Source of the DNA: an uncultured Gemmatimonadales bacterium
Lineage (GTDB): Bacteria; Gemmatimonadota; Gemmatimonadetes; Longimicrobiales; RSA9
Length of the DNA: 64,000 nucleotides
Direction of reading: 5' to 3'
NCBI GenBank assembly: GCA_963708135.1
Contig: OY970192.1
Span: forward strand, 4,896,001-4,960,000
Shown: in pieces, positions 19,967 through 29,153 of the stretch
How positions within the stretch are numbered: the first letter of the stretch is position 1
Layout: every line of letters starts with the position of its first letter
Translations under genes and position numbers: made by a program
Notes under the pieces: model-generated
Told to the model about the DNA's origin: nothing
Database searches by the model: none
What the model saw: only the letters and a program-made list of their open reading frames with translations

Positions 19967-20003
19967 CGCCGCGTGCCCATCTCCCCTGAACCGGCCGCCC
20001 CGG
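19967..20003 (+). repeat. 37-bp exact direct repeat, copy 2 (just downstream of promoter TTGACT-17-TAGCGT at 19923-19951)
   Basis: Identical to 16184-16220. Confidence 0.9.
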
Positions 20004-20017
20004 CCGCCGGAGCGATC

Positions 20018-20332
20018 ATGGACCCACGGCAGTTCGTCCTGACCCTGATCATCCTGGGCATCCCCGCGGTCTCGCTCAGCACCTGGCTGCTGAGCAGGCC
20101 GTTCCTCAACGCCTTCCTCCGCAGCCGCGAGCTGAAGGCGGGCGTGCGGATGGATCCCGCGCGTCTGGACGCGCAGGACCAGCGCATCGCGGAGCTCGAG
20201 GGCGAGGTCGCGGCCATGCGGCACGAGATGGAGCGGCTGTCCAGCGTGGAGAGCTTCTACGCCCAGCTCGGCGCCGGAAACCCGAAAGGCGTTCCACCCC
20301 CGGGCGCAAAGCCCGCCGGCCCCGGCGTCTGA
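20018..20332 (+). CDS. Small single-TM coiled-coil protein
   Basis: N-terminal TM helix, then RIAELEGEVAAMRHEMERL; GGAG RBS. Confidence 0.7.
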   Translation: MDPRQFVLTLIILGIPAVSLSTWLLSRPFLNAFLRSRELKAGVRMDPARLDAQDQRIAELEGEVAAMRHEMERLSSVESFYAQLGAGNPKGVPPPGAKPAGPGV

Positions 20333-20391
20333 ACGAACCCGATCGCGCTCCGAGCCCCGATTGCCGGAAAGATGGACGGTGGCCGTGCGCC

Positions 20392-20427
20392 TTGACACAA
20401 CTGTGCCATAAATATACCTATGTGTCA
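20392..20427 (+). promoter_or_regulatory. Promoter/operator of the TetR gene
   Basis: TTGACA overlaps the palindrome TGACACA-AC-TGTGCCA; a second half-site TGTGTCA abuts the ATG. Confidence 0.6.
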
Positions 20428-21029
20428 TGACGGCCGACTCGCTGCGTACCCGACAGGCCGCGGTCGCGCGCACCGCGATCATGGAGGCGCTCGTCCGGCA
20501 CCTCGAGGATGGCGCTGCCGACGGGCTCTCCATGGAGGAGCTGGCGCGCGAGGCGGGGGTCTCGCGGCGGACGCTGTACCGCTACTTCCCGGGCCGGGCG
20601 GAGCTGCTGGCGGCGGCGGGGGAGTGGATCCGGGGGGACGTGCTGGGGCTGCCGATAGAGATCGGAGCGGAGGGGATCGCGGCGAGCTTCCGCGCGGCCG
20701 CCGCGCGGCTCCAGGAGAAGCCGCGGCTCGCGCGGGCGTTGCTCCGGACGGAGACGGGGCGCGCGGTGCGGAGCGGCTACCGGCGGGACCGTGTGGAGGC
20801 GATCCGGCGCGCGGTCCGGGGGGAGGCGCCCGGCGCGCCGGAGGACGAAGTGGCGCGGGCGGCGGCCGTGCTGGCCTGCCTGTGCAGCTCGAGCGCGTGG
20901 ACGACGATCCAGGACGAGTCGGGTCTCGATGCGGCGAGCGCGCAGGCGGCGGTGGAGTGGGCGATCGAGAGCCTCCTGGCGCGGCTGCGCGGGGAGGGTG
21001 GAGCGACTCCGGATGGAGGTGGGCAATGA
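20427..21029 (+). CDS. TetR/AcrR family regulator
   Basis: LSMEELAREAGVSRRTLYRYFPGRAELL. Confidence 0.9.
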   Translation: MTADSLRTRQAAVARTAIMEALVRHLEDGAADGLSMEELAREAGVSRRTLYRYFPGRAELLAAAGEWIRGDVLGLPIEIGAEGIAASFRAAAARLQEKPRLARALLRTETGRAVRSGYRRDRVEAIRRAVRGEAPGAPEDEVARAAAVLACLCSSSAWTTIQDESGLDAASAQAAVEWAIESLLARLRGEGGATPDGGGQ

Positions 21030-21469
21030 CATCGGACCGGGTGATCCGGTTCCTGGGCAACAACGAGATCACGGTCCTCGTGTCCGGCGAGGAGTCTGGC
21101 GGCGGTTACTGCGTGCTGGAGCTGGTCGTCCAGCCGGGCGGCGGCGCGACGGCGCTTCACACGGACCGCTGGATCGAGACGTTCCACGTGGTCGAGGGCG
21201 CGGTCGAGTGGACGCTCGAGCGCGATGGCCGGCTGGAGACGTGGACGGCAGAGCCGGGAGACACGATCGTCGTGCCGCGCGGCCGGAAGCACCGGTTCGC
21301 GGGCGCAGGCGACGCTCCCTCCCGCATGCTCACCGTCGGGCCGTCGGAGTTCGAGGCGTTCTTCCGTGCTCTGGCGGCCGCGTGGTCGGGTCCCTACGAC
21401 CGCGAGCGGACCCCGGCGGCGGTCGGGCCGGTGTTCGAGTCGTTCGGGATGCGGCTCGTCGCCGCGTAG
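21026..21469 (+). CDS. Cupin domain protein
   Basis: HTDRWIETFHVVEG...PGDTIVVPRGRKHRF; ATGA overlap with tetR. Confidence 0.85.
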   Translation: MTSDRVIRFLGNNEITVLVSGEESGGGYCVLELVVQPGGGATALHTDRWIETFHVVEGAVEWTLERDGRLETWTAEPGDTIVVPRGRKHRFAGAGDAPSRMLTVGPSEFEAFFRALAAAWSGPYDRERTPAAVGPVFESFGMRLVAA

Positions 21470-21531
21470 CGCCTCGCGCGGCGGGGCGGTACCATCACGC
21501 CGGCCGGCTCTCTCCCAACCGCGAGGATGCG

Positions 21532-21867
21532 ATGATCACCCTGACGGCGCAGTTCACGATGCAGGCGGACCAGGTTGCGGGGGCGCTCGAGCTGGTGCAG
21601 GCCGTGAAGGCGCAGTCGGACGCGGAGCAGCCGGGGACGCTGCTCTATCTCGCCCACCGCGTGCTGGACGGGAGCGGCGCGCCCACCGCCGGGCTGCTGT
21701 TCTACGAGTGCTACCGGGACCACGATGCGCTGGAGGCGCACCTGAAGAGCACGTCCTGGACGGCGCTCACCGCGCAGTGGTCGAAGTACTTCGAGGGCAC
21801 GCCGGACTCCGTCGCGGTCACCTCGCTCGACCGGATCGCCGGGTTCGTGCACCTCGAGGCGCCCTAG
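21532..21867 (+). CDS. ABM/putative quinol monooxygenase family protein
   Basis: EQPGTLLY...FYECYRDHDALEAHLKS. Confidence 0.82.
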   Translation: MITLTAQFTMQADQVAGALELVQAVKAQSDAEQPGTLLYLAHRVLDGSGAPTAGLLFYECYRDHDALEAHLKSTSWTALTAQWSKYFEGTPDSVAVTSLDRIAGFVHLEAP

Positions 21868-22912
21868 GTCCACTCGCCTTCGTCGCGGTCGTCGTGGCGC
21901 GCGACGACGGCGTGTACTCGAAGCTCGGCCCGACCGTGGTGCCGTCGCCCTTCCCGGAGGGGATGGCCATGAGCGCCTGCCCCGCGTAGCGCAGCGCGTA
22001 CATCTGCGGCACCGCCTCCATCAGCTGCTCCGGTGCGCCGTTGAAGGCGGCGTGCAGGGTCGCGAGGAGGCCGGTGTAGCGGCGGTTGAACTCGACCATC
22101 AGGCGGTGGACCTCGGGGCGGTCCTCGTACTCCGCGGCCTTCGGGTTCGGGCGCATCGGGTAGCGCGCCGTCCAGTCGACGGGGAGCTCCGGCCCGGTGG
22201 GGCCGCCCTTCGGCGTGTCCGTGGGGAGGTAGCGGCGGCCGGCCAGGATCTCGTTGAACCGGAAGTAGTGGGCGAGCTCGTCCACCTGCCCGAAGCGCTG
22301 GTCGCCGTCGAAGATCGTGTGGTCGAGGCCCTCACCCTGCTCGGCGATCTCCGCGATGGCCCTCTTCGCGGAGGCGAGGTCCGTGACGGCGATCGGCTCC
22401 CCGCCGCCGCCGTAGTAGTAGCGGCTGCCGCCGACCTGTGGTGCCTTCCCGGTGAAGACCTTCGCCGGCCCCAGCTCGTCCGTGAGCCGCTCGATCGCCT
22501 CGGCGATCGCCTCGTAGAACTGGCCGATCGTCTCGTAGCCCTCCGGCTCCGGCTTCGCGCCGGGCGGGGCAGGCCGCTCGATCCGGAGGAACGTCTCGAT
22601 CGCGCCGGTGGAGAAGGGGAGCAGCTCCACCAGGAAGGCATCGTTGCTGTACGGCAGGTAGGTGGGGTAGGCCGGGATGAAGTCCGGCTTGTCGATGAAG
22701 GGCTTGCCGCCGACGGCGTTGAGCACGTTGGCGGCGAGGGTCATGTGCAGCATCTCCTCCATGACGACGCTGCGGATGACCGCGGTGGCCCCCGTGTTGG
22801 CCCCCTCCGGGATGGAGTAGAGCGCGCACAGGTAGGGTGGGATCGTCGAGTGCTCGAGCTCGACGGCCCACTGGAGGTGACGGCGGAGATCGGGCAGATC
22901 CTCGATCGGCAT
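21818..22912 (-). CDS. Ferritin-like protein (VioB/RebD-type ferritin-like domain)
   Basis: LQWAVELEHSTIPPYLCALYS, EEMLHMTLAANVLNAVGG, TIGQFY, EQGEG, LAHYFRF. Confidence 0.85.
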   Translation of the reverse strand: MPIEDLPDLRRHLQWAVELEHSTIPPYLCALYSIPEGANTGATAVIRSVVMEEMLHMTLAANVLNAVGGKPFIDKPDFIPAYPTYLPYSNDAFLVELLPFSTGAIETFLRIERPAPPGAKPEPEGYETIGQFYEAIAEAIERLTDELGPAKVFTGKAPQVGGSRYYYGGGGEPIAVTDLASAKRAIAEIAEQGEGLDHTIFDGDQRFGQVDELAHYFRFNEILAGRRYLPTDTPKGGPTGPELPVDWTARYPMRPNPKAAEYEDRPEVHRLMVEFNRRYTGLLATLHAAFNGAPEQLMEAVPQMYALRYAGQALMAIPSGKGDGTTVGPSFEYTPSSRATTTATKASGPRAPRGARTRRSGRAR

Positions 22913-22953
22913 GGGGCGCACCCGCGCTGGACGGTGGACGGTGGCGAGCCGGC

Positions 22954-24783
22954 TCAGTGAAGCTGCTTCAGCATCTCCTTCGTCAACATCAGCGTGAGGG
23001 CGAGGGCCGTGAGCGTGGGGTTCGCGGTGCCGGTCGTCGGCAGGCTGCCGCAGCCCACCACGAACAGGTTCTCGTGGTCCCAGCTGCGCTGGTGGCGGTC
23101 CACCACGCTCGAGGTGCGGCTGACGCCCATGCGGTGCGTGCCGATGTGGTGCCCCGCGCCGACGAAGTGGAGCCGGTAGTCCTTGCCATCGGTCGCGCGG
23201 TAGACGCGCTCGTCGGGCAGCCCCTTCGGCGGCACGTGGAACGTGTCCTTCTCGGGGATCCCCATGGCCTCGTAGATGGCCGCCGAGACCTTGATGGCCT
23301 CGACCATGGCCTGCCACGTGTAGTCGGAGATCCGGTAGTGGATGATGGGGCGGAAGCAGCCGGCGGCATCCCTGTACTCGCGCGAGATGGTGACGCGGTT
23401 CGTCGCCTCGGGGAGCTGCTCGATGTCGAAGCCGATGCGGAGCTCCCGGGGCAGCGTCCGCCCCAGCTGGTCGCGCAGCTTCCTGCCGAAGATATTCTTG
23501 CCGAGCCGCCCCGTGACGTCGCCATCGGGCGGGAAGTTCACGATGTCCCAGCCCCAGTTGCCGAGATCGACGCGGAACGCCGCGAACTCCTTGCGGAACG
23601 CGCCGTCGCGGAGCGACTCCACGCCCGAGGTCTGGCCCGGCCCGCGGAACATCCCGAGCGACTGCGGCGCCAGCGCCCAGGTGTAGAAGAACGGGTGGTC
23701 CATGAGGTTGCGGCCGACCTGATCGCTGCTGTTCGCGGCATTCGAAGCCAGCAGCAGCTTGGCGTTCTCGATGGCGTGGCCGGCGAGCACATAGATCGTG
23801 GCCGTGGCCGTGTGGCGCTCGAGCGGACCCCCCTCCTCCTCGTAGCGGAGGTACTCGACGCCGTCGATCCGGCCGTTGGGCGCGATGCGGAGCTTCGTCG
23901 CGATCGCCTGCGTGCGCAGCGTCACCACGTCGCGGTCGAGCTCCGCCAGCGTCTTGAGCGACGAGTACTTGGCCTGCACGGGGCAGATCGGGATGCAGGA
24001 CGCGTTGCCCTCGCAGCGCTGCCCGATGTCGGGGTTGCCCGCAGCGCCGACGGGCCGGTAGCCGTGCCGCTCCGTGCCGCCGACGCGGATCGTCCCGCTG
24101 CGCGGGATCGAGTTGCGGGCCTGGGCCAGGCTGGAGACGCGCACGGGGTAGGCCTTCCCGGCGAGGCGGACGGAGAGGCTCTTCGTGGCGGCCGCGATGA
24201 CCTGGTCGCTGTAGCTCATCGGGATCCGCTCCATCGGGTAGTCGTAGCCCTCGGGGAACCAGACGCCGAAGCGCTCCTGGTCCTCCCGGTTGGCGGCCAC
24301 CCCGATCGACCACTCGGCCTCGCAGTAGGCGTCCTGGATGTCGTCGTAGCTGACCGGCCAGTCCACGCCCACGCCGTACGTGGTGTTGATGTGGAAGTCG
24401 TTCGGCAGGAAGCGCGGCGTCGTCCCGAGCCAGTGCAGCGAGGTGCCGCCGAGCGAGCGGAGATAGGTCGAGCCGAAGCCCTGCGGCCCCTTCTCGACCT
24501 GGTACCCCGTGAGGTCCGGCGTTCCCTTGCGGATGCGCAGGATGTCGGTCGAGAGCGGGGACGGCGCGCTGGCGTTCTGCGGGTAGGGCGCGTTCGGCTC
24601 CTTCACGACCGCCGTGTAGAACGTGTCCACGTACGAGCGGTAGCCCTCGTACGTGAGCCCGGACGCGCGTCCGGCCTCGAGCAGCAGCACGCGCTTGCCG
24701 CGCGCGCCGAGCTCTCTCGCGACGTGGGCGCCGATCGGCCCCGAGCCGACGACGATCGCGTCGTAGCGCTCGCTCTCGCTCAC
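22954..24783 (-). CDS. GMC family flavoprotein oxidoreductase
   Basis: IVVGSGPIG, GGTSLHWLG, CEGNASCIPICP, VGRNLMDH, HHIGTHRMG, TANPTLT. Confidence 0.92.
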   Translation of the reverse strand: MSESERYDAIVVGSGPIGAHVARELGARGKRVLLLEAGRASGLTYEGYRSYVDTFYTAVVKEPNAPYPQNASAPSPLSTDILRIRKGTPDLTGYQVEKGPQGFGSTYLRSLGGTSLHWLGTTPRFLPNDFHINTTYGVGVDWPVSYDDIQDAYCEAEWSIGVAANREDQERFGVWFPEGYDYPMERIPMSYSDQVIAAATKSLSVRLAGKAYPVRVSSLAQARNSIPRSGTIRVGGTERHGYRPVGAAGNPDIGQRCEGNASCIPICPVQAKYSSLKTLAELDRDVVTLRTQAIATKLRIAPNGRIDGVEYLRYEEEGGPLERHTATATIYVLAGHAIENAKLLLASNAANSSDQVGRNLMDHPFFYTWALAPQSLGMFRGPGQTSGVESLRDGAFRKEFAAFRVDLGNWGWDIVNFPPDGDVTGRLGKNIFGRKLRDQLGRTLPRELRIGFDIEQLPEATNRVTISREYRDAAGCFRPIIHYRISDYTWQAMVEAIKVSAAIYEAMGIPEKDTFHVPPKGLPDERVYRATDGKDYRLHFVGAGHHIGTHRMGVSRTSSVVDRHQRSWDHENLFVVGCGSLPTTGTANPTLTALALTLMLTKEMLKQLH

Positions 24784-25328
24784 CGCCCCTCCTCCTCGAC
24801 CGCGTCCGGCTTCAGGGCCCACGAGCCGAAGCCCGGCTGCTTCGCGCCCGGCGGATGCGAGTGGATCGCCTTCCACACCAGCCCCGCGGAATACGCCCGG
24901 GGCGAGATGATGTACGTCTGGTCGCCCGCCCATGCGCCGTTCGCGTCGCGCCACTCGGCCGGCAGCTGGTTCCACATGCCGAGGTACCAGAGCGCCGCGA
25001 GGTTGCGCGCGATCGGGCCGAGCGTGGCGTCCTCCAGCAGCTCCGTCTTCACCAGCTGCTCGAGGAACGGCGGATCGCCGCCGCCGCGCACCTGGATGTC
25101 CGACCACCGCGTCAGCAGCCGGCCGAACAGCTCCTCTCCGATGGTCGACGGGATCAGGCCGTAGTAGGTCGGCAGCATCCCCGTGCCGTGCAGCTCGGCC
25201 TCATCGAACCCCGTGAGGATCACCGACAGGGCGACGAACTGCTCGATCGGCGTCCCGGGCTCCGGCACCGCCGCCGCGGCCGCGCCCTCGCTGCCGCCGC
25301 CCGGCCGCTTCGCACGCGTTGGGCTCAT
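24780..25328 (-). CDS. Sorbitol/gluconate dehydrogenase small-subunit-like protein
   Basis: FVALSVILTGF...LWYLGMW...AYSAGLVW...PGFGSWA; overlaps the GMC start. Confidence 0.72.
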   Translation of the reverse strand: MSPTRAKRPGGGSEGAAAAAVPEPGTPIEQFVALSVILTGFDEAELHGTGMLPTYYGLIPSTIGEELFGRLLTRWSDIQVRGGGDPPFLEQLVKTELLEDATLGPIARNLAALWYLGMWNQLPAEWRDANGAWAGDQTYIISPRAYSAGLVWKAIHSHPPGAKQPGFGSWALKPDAVEEEGR

Positions 25329-25334
25329 GGTGCC

Positions 25335-26237
25335 TCACAGGTCCGCGTAGTAGGCGGTCGCCTCGGCGATGCAGGTGGGGCTGGCGAAGTGCTGGATCGC
25401 GGCCGGCGTCGCCGTCCCGATGAGACGCTCCATGTCCTGGCGCATCGGGTGCTCGCTGTTCCCGTACGAGATGGAGAACGCGCCGCTACCGGAGGGCACG
25501 GAGTACGTGTCGTACATGCCGAAATAGTTGCGCCGCGACGCCACCGGCCGCTCCGTCCCCCGGTCCCAGCTGAGGTCGATCCACTCCGACATGTTCGAGG
25601 TCACCGGGCCGAGCCCCGACAGGTCCGCCGTGGCCTTGTAGATCGTCGCGTCCGCCTTCGGCGAGTCGTAGCAGGTCCAGTCCCAGCCCGTCACCCCCGG
25701 GAGGTTCGCCGAGGGCGCCGTGTAGGCGTAGGCCGCGAGGAACTTGTTCTCGAAGAAGAGCTGCTGCCCGAAGGCCACGGCGATCGCGTCGTCGCAGGCC
25801 ACCCACAACCGGAAGTTGCCCACCCGCTTCGTCTGCTCGCCCAGCAGTAGATAATCCTTCAGCGAGAGACCCTGCGGGACGCGCTCCCCGACCTTCGTGG
25901 CGTACGCCGCCACGTTGACCTCCGTCTCGTTGAACCCGGAGATCCCGGGGTTGCCCGGCTGCCCCGTGCCGTACAGCGCCGCCGCGTTGAAGAAGTTGAT
26001 GTTCACCGCCCCCTTCCCGCCGAAATCGTACGGCGTGCACTGGAACGGCTCCAGGTACGACGTGAGCAGCTCCAGGTCCACGCTCCACCAGGCCCACAGC
26101 GACTGGATACCCGCGTAAAAGAAGCCCGTCGTCGCCGGCACCTCGAGCGTGCCGTTCGACTGCGTCGTGACCTGAATGTTCGGGATCTTCACTTTCGCGG
26201 GGAGCGGCGGGATCGGGCCAGCATTGGCCGGTGGCAT
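25335..26237 (-). CDS. Hypothetical protein, possibly acetoacetate-decarboxylase-like fold
   Basis: Strong GC3 bias; FNETEVN...LWVACDDAIAVAFGQQLFFENKFL resembles the ADC GRE..G.PK region. Confidence 0.55.
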   Translation of the reverse strand: MPPANAGPIPPLPAKVKIPNIQVTTQSNGTLEVPATTGFFYAGIQSLWAWWSVDLELLTSYLEPFQCTPYDFGGKGAVNINFFNAAALYGTGQPGNPGISGFNETEVNVAAYATKVGERVPQGLSLKDYLLLGEQTKRVGNFRLWVACDDAIAVAFGQQLFFENKFLAAYAYTAPSANLPGVTGWDWTCYDSPKADATIYKATADLSGLGPVTSNMSEWIDLSWDRGTERPVASRRNYFGMYDTYSVPSGSGAFSISYGNSEHPMRQDMERLIGTATPAAIQHFASPTCIAEATAYYADL

Positions 26238-26548
26238 GACGCAGCCTCCAGGGGGAGAGGATCGGGAAATGTCGGGGAATGCGCGGGCCTGTGACGCAAC
26301 AGGCAGGTAACCGCCGTGGATCGGCCGCGCAAGGGCGTCCACCGCCTTGGCATGCCGGCGGCCGGCGGCCTGCCGCCTTCGCCGACCCCGTCCGCGCCCG
26401 GTGCAGTCGAGGGGCGTCGCCGGCAGGACCTTCCGGCGGGGGCACTCCGGCGGGGCTGCGCTCCCGGCGGTGGGCGCTCCCGGCGGTGGGCGCCGGTCTA
26501 CGGCGCAAAGTACTTGACAACGCGCGGGAACAGCGCGACCATTCCCTC

Positions 26549-27163
26549 ATGCACGACGCACCCGCGCGACGAACGAACGACTCCGCGCCCGTGGCGCTCC
26601 ACGACCGCGCCGCCGACAACCTCCGCTACATCCGCGAGGCGATGGAGCGGGCCGGCGCCTTCACGGCCGTGCCGGGGTGGGGCGGCGTGATCATGGGTAC
26701 GACGGCGGTGGCCGTGGCGGCCCTCGCCGCGCGCCAGCCGACCCCCGGGCGCTGGCTGGCGCTGTGGCTGGGGGAGGCGGTGGTGGCGGTGGCGATCGCG
26801 GTGGTGGCGATGGCCGTGAAGGCGCGCCGGGCGGAGTCGCGCCTCTTCTCCGCCGTCGGCCGCAAGTTCGTCCTGAGCTTCCTGCCGCCGGTGCTCGCGG
26901 GCGCCATCCTGACGGCCGCGCTCGCGCGCGCCGGCTTCCTCACGCCGATCCCCGGCATCTGGCTCCTGCTCTACGGCGTGGGGGTCGTCACGGCGGGGAC
27001 GTATTCGGTCCGGGCCGTGCCGATCCTGGGCGGCTGCCTCATCGTCCTGGGCGCCGCGGCGCTCTTCTCGCCGCCGACGTGGGGTGACGCGTATCTGGCG
27101 GCGGGCTTCGGCGGCCTCCAGATCGGCTTCGGCCTGTGGATCGCGCGGAGGCACGGTGGCTAG
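26549..27163 (+). CDS. Multi-pass membrane protein
   Basis: ADNLRYIREAMERAGAFTAVPGWGG and about 6 TM helices; TTGACA at 26514. Confidence 0.8.
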   Translation: MHDAPARRTNDSAPVALHDRAADNLRYIREAMERAGAFTAVPGWGGVIMGTTAVAVAALAARQPTPGRWLALWLGEAVVAVAIAVVAMAVKARRAESRLFSAVGRKFVLSFLPPVLAGAILTAALARAGFLTPIPGIWLLLYGVGVVTAGTYSVRAVPILGGCLIVLGAAALFSPPTWGDAYLAAGFGGLQIGFGLWIARRHGG

Positions 27164-27560
27164 GCGCGGCGCGGTGCGGAAGACGGAGGCCGGAGCGTCC
27201 GCGGGCGACGACGCGCCGGCGGAGGGACGCATGGGCGTGGCGAGCGGCGGCGCGGCCGAGGCGAGCCCGGTCACCCTGGACCGGCTCATCCACGGGCGGG
27301 TCCGCCTGGGAATCGTGAGCGCGCTCGCCGTGAACGACGCGCTCAGCTTCAACGACCTGAAGTCCACCCTCGGCATCACCGACGGCAACCTCAGCGCCCA
27401 CGCCCGCAAGCTCGAGGAGGCGGGCTACGTCAACTGCGTCAAGTCCTTCGAGGGCCGCGTCCCGAGGACCGAGTACCGGCTGACGCAGAAGGGGCGCGCG
27501 GCGCTCGGGCGCTACGTGGACCACATGGAGGCGCTGATCGGCACGCTGCGCGAGGGGTGA
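27156..27560 (+). CDS. Winged-helix transcriptional regulator (ArsR/MarR-like)
   Basis: LDRLIHGRVRLGIVSAL...TDGNLSAHARKLEEAGYV...KSFEGRVPRTEYRLT. Confidence 0.88.
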   Translation: MARRGAVRKTEAGASAGDDAPAEGRMGVASGGAAEASPVTLDRLIHGRVRLGIVSALAVNDALSFNDLKSTLGITDGNLSAHARKLEEAGYVNCVKSFEGRVPRTEYRLTQKGRAALGRYVDHMEALIGTLREG

Positions 27561-27644
27561 GGGGAACGCACATGAGCCCCGCACATGGGTGCGCCTCGGC
27601 TCCGTCCTGTAACGGCGGCCATTTTTTTGAGAGGCAACTTTGAC

Positions 27645-28451
27645 ATGCAAAGAGCTTTGACGAACCCGGAAACCGCCGGCCAGGACGCGGCGCGCAACGA
27701 CGCCGGCACGACCCACGTCGCCATCATCATGGATGGCAACGGCCGCTGGGCGGCGCGACGGGGACGGCCGCGCTCGGACGGGCACCGGGCGGGGGCGCAG
27801 GCGGTACGGCGGGTGGTGGAGGCGGCGCCGGGCGTCGGGATCACCGACCTGACCCTCTATGCGTTCTCGTCGGACAACTGGGCCCGTCCGGCCCGCGAGG
27901 TGTCGGCGCTCCTGGGACTGCTCGGGGACTACCTGCGGCGGGAGGCGCCGCGCTGCCGGGCGGAGGGGGTGCGCGTGAGCGTGATCGGGCGGCGGGATCG
28001 CCTGCCGGCGGCGCTGCGCCGGGCGATCGGGCGTGCGGAGGCCACCACGGAGGGCGGAACGCGGCTCCACCTCCGGCTGGCGCTGGACTACTCGGCGCGG
28101 GACGCGCTGGTCGAGGCGGCGGCGCGCGCGCGGGCCGCGGGGCGGGGCGGAGCGGACGGCGTATTACGCGACGAGCGGCGGGAGCGACGGGAGGCGTTCG
28201 CTCGCGCGCTCGCGGACGGTCTCGGCGCCCGCCTGCCGGTGCCCGATGTGGATCTGCTCATCCGGACCGGAGGCGAGCAGCGCCTCAGCGACTTCCTCCT
28301 GTGGGAGTGCGCCTACGCGGAGCTGTACTTCACGGCGTGTCCGTGGCCGGAGTTCGGGTCGGCGGCGCTCGCCGAGGCAGTGGCGGAGTACCGCCGGCGC
28401 GAGCGGCGCTTCGGGCGGGTGGGGCCGGTGGCGGTGGAGCGGGCCGGCTGA
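27645..28451 (+). CDS. uppS: Polyprenyl (undecaprenyl) diphosphate synthase
   Basis: [56 protein letters not shown]. Confidence 0.93.
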   Translation: MQRALTNPETAGQDAARNDAGTTHVAIIMDGNGRWAARRGRPRSDGHRAGAQAVRRVVEAAPGVGITDLTLYAFSSDNWARPAREVSALLGLLGDYLRREAPRCRAEGVRVSVIGRRDRLPAALRRAIGRAEATTEGGTRLHLRLALDYSARDALVEAAARARAAGRGGADGVLRDERRERREAFARALADGLGARLPVPDVDLLIRTGGEQRLSDFLLWECAYAELYFTACPWPEFGSAALAEAVAEYRRRERRFGRVGPVAVERAG

Positions 28452-28521
28452 GGCGGCGGACGGATCAGACCTCCAGTCGTCCCGGTCTTGACCCATCCAT
28501 GACTATTGATACATTTCCTTC

Positions 28522-28854
28522 ATGACGAACGACACGCTGCAGCACGACGCGCTGCTCCAGCGCTTCCAGGCCGTGGCCGAGGAGACGCGCTTCCGGATCG
28601 TCCAGCTCCTGGCGGACGGAGAGCGGTGCGTGTGCGAGCTCCAGGACCAGCTCGACGCCGCGCAGTCGCGCCTCTCCTTCCACCTGAAGAAGCTAAAGGA
28701 CGCCGGCGTGGTGGCGGACCGCAGGGACGGGCGCTGGGTCCACTACTCGCTGGTACCGGAGGCGCTGGAGGAGATGCGGGTTTTTTTGGGCGAGGTGAAG
28801 CCGGCGGAGGGATGGCTGCCGGTGGTGTCTCGCGAGGATGGCTGCTGCGGTTGA
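28522..28854 (+). CDS. arsR: ArsR/SmtB metalloregulator
   Basis: [31 protein letters not shown]-terminal CC; promoter TTGACC-16-TACATT 6 nt before the ATG. Confidence 0.88.
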   Translation: MTNDTLQHDALLQRFQAVAEETRFRIVQLLADGERCVCELQDQLDAAQSRLSFHLKKLKDAGVVADRRDGRWVHYSLVPEALEEMRVFLGEVKPAEGWLPVVSREDGCCG

Positions 28855-29153
28855 GCGGCGGGTCGTCTCCAGTCCTTCCCCAACTCTTCTGACGACAACT
28901 CTTTCCACGACTCCTTCCACGATCGGATCGGGGCCTCGCCGGGGCGCAGATCGGAACGGGGCTTGCGGCGCTGCGCCTTGGGCGCGGCGCGGGGAGCTTC
29001 GAGGCCCCCCGCGGGATCCAGGGAGTCCCCGTGGGCCGCGCACCCGGCCGCGCCGCGCGAGGCCGGTGAGCCGAGATGAGCCGCGGGCCGGCGGCCGCCG
29101 CGACGCAGGCCGCGCGGGGGCGGGCCCGGAGCCGGAACCGGGAAAGAGGAATC

